Shown here in pieces: positions 60,990-64,000 of a stretch of DNA of 64,000 nucleotides. The DNA lies in NCBI RefSeq assembly GCF_009834535.1, contig NC_045705.1, positions 56,172,001 to 56,236,000 on the forward strand, read 5' to 3'. Numbering within the stretch: the first letter of the stretch is position 1; each line of letters starts with the position of its first letter. A program made the position numbers and the translations under genes. Origin of the DNA: Camelus ferus (taxonomy: Eukaryota). A model generated the notes under the pieces. The model had not been told where the DNA came from. It made no database searches and saw only the letters and a program-made list of their open reading frames with translations.

Positions 60990-62330
60990 AGAGTTATGTT
61001 ATTTTCTCTTTGTAAATAGGTAATACTCTCAACATTTCATCTTTAAAGTATGTTTGCTAGGATTTTTTGTAATTACCTTTATCAGAGAACATTACTTTCT
61101 ATTCGTTAAGTGTTTTATCAAGAATAGATGCTGGATTTCATAAAATTATTTTCTGTGTCCATGAGGTTTATGACTTATGATCCATATGATTTTCCTTTAA
61201 TATCCTATTAATATGATTAATTATATTGATTGATTTTTAAATATCAACTTTACATTTCCAGAATAGATCCAGGTGGAATCTGTCACTTTATTTTCCTTTA
61301 TTTATTGCCAGATTTGATCTAATATTTCATCCAGGATTTTTACATCGATGTTAACGAGAATGACCTAAAATTTTCCTTACTTATAATGTATAAATGAAAA
61401 ATGTTACCTGCCATATCAATGAACAAAAGATGTTGCAGCCATCAAACTAGTACAGCCACCCTGATGGTGAGCCCTGAGGGAACTCAGAATGGGAAGGAAC
61501 AGGGTACTGGCCCTAGATAGCGAAGGTGCACATCACAGGAATGATTTCAGTGAACTCAGACTTTTGCATTTTTCCATACATAGAATATTATTAAATTCCT
61601 TACCTTGAGATATCTGGTTTTCTTTAATTAACAGTAATCTTTTGATGTTCCAACTACCTGGTCTTTGTTGCAAAAACCCCTAAATATCCTGGTTCCTTCC
61701 CTTATCCTCAGAGCTATCTGAGAGACTTCCTTTCAGGCTTCAAGTCCTCAGAAAGTCTGCTGAGTAAAACACAATTCTCAACTCAGGTTGTGCATTTGTT
61801 TTTTCAGTTGACAAATGTCTTTCTCACACTTTGCTATAAGATTATGAGGAGCTTAAAAAATAACTTAGGAAAAAAATTTTTTCCAACCAGAAGATTTTCA
61901 TATGGTTTGCAGGTTTATTTATTAAATGACTATCTATATAGTATATTATCAAGGAATAGTTTTGAATTATAGTTTTGATAGATAATAGTTAAAGGACAAT
62001 TCAGATTTTCTTATTTGTCAGTCTTTAAATGACTTGTGGCAAGACCTAATTATAAATTTTATTTCCAAACATTTATAGGACTACTTGGATTTTCTATTTC
62101 TCCCCTTTGCCTAGTTTTGTAAGTTGTGTTTATCTAAGAATGTGTATTTTGGATAAACATATTTGTATTTATTGGTTATATATTACTCACTATGTATCTT
62201 TATGATCTTTCAATGTCTTCAGAAGTGTCAAGATATTGCCTTTTTTCATTACTGATGTTGGTTTTATATGCAATCTATCTTTTACACTTGCTAGTCATGC
62301 AGTAGATAAATAATGTCATTGACCTTTCAA
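60990..62330 (-). mobile_element. Old L1 ORF2 fragment interrupted by LTR family B copy 3
   Basis: ttttatcaagaatagatgctggattt...ttttccttacttat[aatg]tctttctc continuity across the LTR. Confidence 0.6.
61389..61813 (+). mobile_element. ERV1-class solo LTR, family B copy 3
   Basis: Reverse complement of copies 1 and 2; perfect 4-bp TSD AATG (61385-61388, 61814-61817). Confidence 0.85.
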
Positions 62331-62336
62331 AAGTCA

Positions 62337-62640
62337 TTTTCTGGGTACACCAGAAGTAGAGACTAAGGCAGAATTTGGGATGGAAAGTATTTATTAGGAA
62401 TCAACACCTGTGAGGGGAAGAGAGAAAGCAGAATTTGGCAAAGAGAAAAGTGAACTGCAACACAGACCTGACAAAATCTTGGCCAACACCAGGGACTCTC
62501 TGCAATATGACTCCAAAGAATTGCCCACATCAGGTGGAAGTGGCGAACAAACACATTCCAGATTCACTCATTCATCCAATGTGGGAGCCCTAAGAAGTGT
62601 GTGACCTCAGGGAAAAGGCTTTCTGAAACTAAGGCAAATC
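62337..62640 (-). mobile_element. LTR16-like ERVL LTR
   Basis: gggtacaccagaagtagagactaaggcagaatttggga...gtatttattaggaatcaacacctgtgag is the antisense of the LTR16 3' end. Confidence 0.65.
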
Positions 62641-63399
62641 ATAGGACTCTGTTCATGTCATATCCCTTAACTCAAAAGGTTCACGCCAATTTTACTCACT
62701 TCTCTCTCACCTACTTTCTTCCAGTTGCTCTTTGAAATGCAACATTATTTTATGCAACTAATTTGAGATTTTCAAAAATCATTCCCAAATACTCTTTATA
62801 TTTTCAGAAATATATACGCATACATCCTAATATATTAGCTATTTTCTCTTTTATAATGAAAACACTGATATTAAAACACTTTTTAGGAAATCTTCTTTTT
62901 AAATGACTTCTTTTTTTCTGCCCTTTTTTAGCCCTATTAGTGCAATCTTTCCTAACCCATTTCTGAAATGATGTCTGTAATGTACTAGCCTGACTTTCCT
63001 AGGCAGATGTCTTTACTTCAGCTTACCACTCAGAACTCAGTTTCCTCATTTCAGGTTTTTCATTACCAAGGGGATGTTGTGTAAGGCAGAACAGCCCCTT
63101 CTTTAGAAAGTTCCCCTAATGTGTCTTGATTCTAAAAAAGGAAAATAAATGCTTATGTCTGGCTGAGTGGACTCATCTTAATTAATACATTGTATAGCTC
63201 CTCCTGGCTTCTACTGTATCTGATGACATGCTGCTGCCTACCCATTCCAAACTCTCCATCTGGGGTTTCTTCCTTTAAATGCAGTCAGTGGGATGTGGAC
63301 TTAGTACATATTTTTATCTAATATCTCAACAACAATATTAATAATAACAAAAAATTGTGTTACCAAGCTTTGATTAATGATATTTACATTCATTATAAC

Positions 63400-63530
63400 A
63401 TTTAGCCCTAGAAATTATTGCAATTATTTAGCAAAAGTGAAATTGAGTCAAAAAGAGGTTAAATAACTTGCCCAAAGTCTCAGAGCTAATAAGGGATAAG
63501 CCACCATCCTAAGCTGGTCTCTGTAGCTAT
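63400..63530. mobile_element. MIR fragment
   Basis: gaaattgagtcaaaaagaggttaaataacttgcccaaagtctcagagctaataag. Confidence 0.7.
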
Positions 63531-64000
63531 ATCTTCAACAGCATAAACAACGTTCCGCAAACTCTACCCATGCACTAACATACTAAAAATCTATTCCTGA
63601 TCTAATTTTTTTTTTCCTTTTCAGCTAATTCAAGAGTTCCATGGCACCTCTGCTAGAATTTTCTACTTTACTATACCATTCTCTCACCCTGCTTTCAGTG
63701 ACTGAATACCAAATGTTGAGACATACCAAATTGTAAGCACACAATTTCACTTTTAAAAATAGGTTTATTGTGATCTGGAAGTGTTCTGAATTTTGACTCA
63801 GCTGCCCTAAGTTCCATTCCTTTGGGGCTCATTCGATTGGTCTCAGAGGTGGATTTAGTGCTTTGAGTTCTTAGATCCTCCAGTGAAGCCACTGAAAGGC
63901 CAGATTGAATGATTTCTTCTGTGCCAGCATTAGGGCTTTTTAGATGAACATCTTTCTCCTTATGGGGACAGAAGAAAACAGTAAACTCCAAGTGGAATTT

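Noticed and set aside
1-64000. Prokaryote-type systems (CRISPR arrays, operons, defence islands) and CpG islands
   Set aside because: None seen. The sequence is CpG-depleted mammalian DNA with no regularly spaced repeat-spacer array.

Overview
Mammalian, AT-rich, repeat-dense DNA, almost certainly from a camelid (it carries a Vic-1-type SINE). The window is part of the class I olfactory receptor cluster (OR51/OR52 families; from recalled human gene order, syntenic to 11p15.4 near the beta-globin locus). It holds seven intact single-coding-exon OR genes: OR52E2 (+), an OR52E paralogue (-), two OR52J3-like copies (-), an OR51A-like gene (-), a divergent OR51-family gene (-) and OR51L1 (-). They sit among L1, MIR, L2, ERVL/ERV1 LTRs, a Tigger2-type MITE, microsatellites and several N gaps. 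I found no evidence of a wholly new biological system. The strongest observations are: (1) a 772-bp perfectly identical tract confined inside two otherwise ancient OR52J paralogues, i.e. gene conversion or an assembly artefact; (2) homologous promoter/first-exon blocks between both paralogue pairs; (3) an OR51 receptor that has lost both cysteines of the second ECL2 disulfide; (4) an OR51A receptor lacking the class I carboxylate-binding Arg; (5) candidate OR regulatory elements (EBF sites, a tandemly duplicated TAATGA site, a MIR-derived exon, an ERVL provirus remnant just upstream of an OR promoter); and (6) a nested ERV1 LTR pile-up. Gene symbols and repeat family names come from recall of known sequences, not database searches. 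Repeat boundaries are approximate unless a TSD is given.
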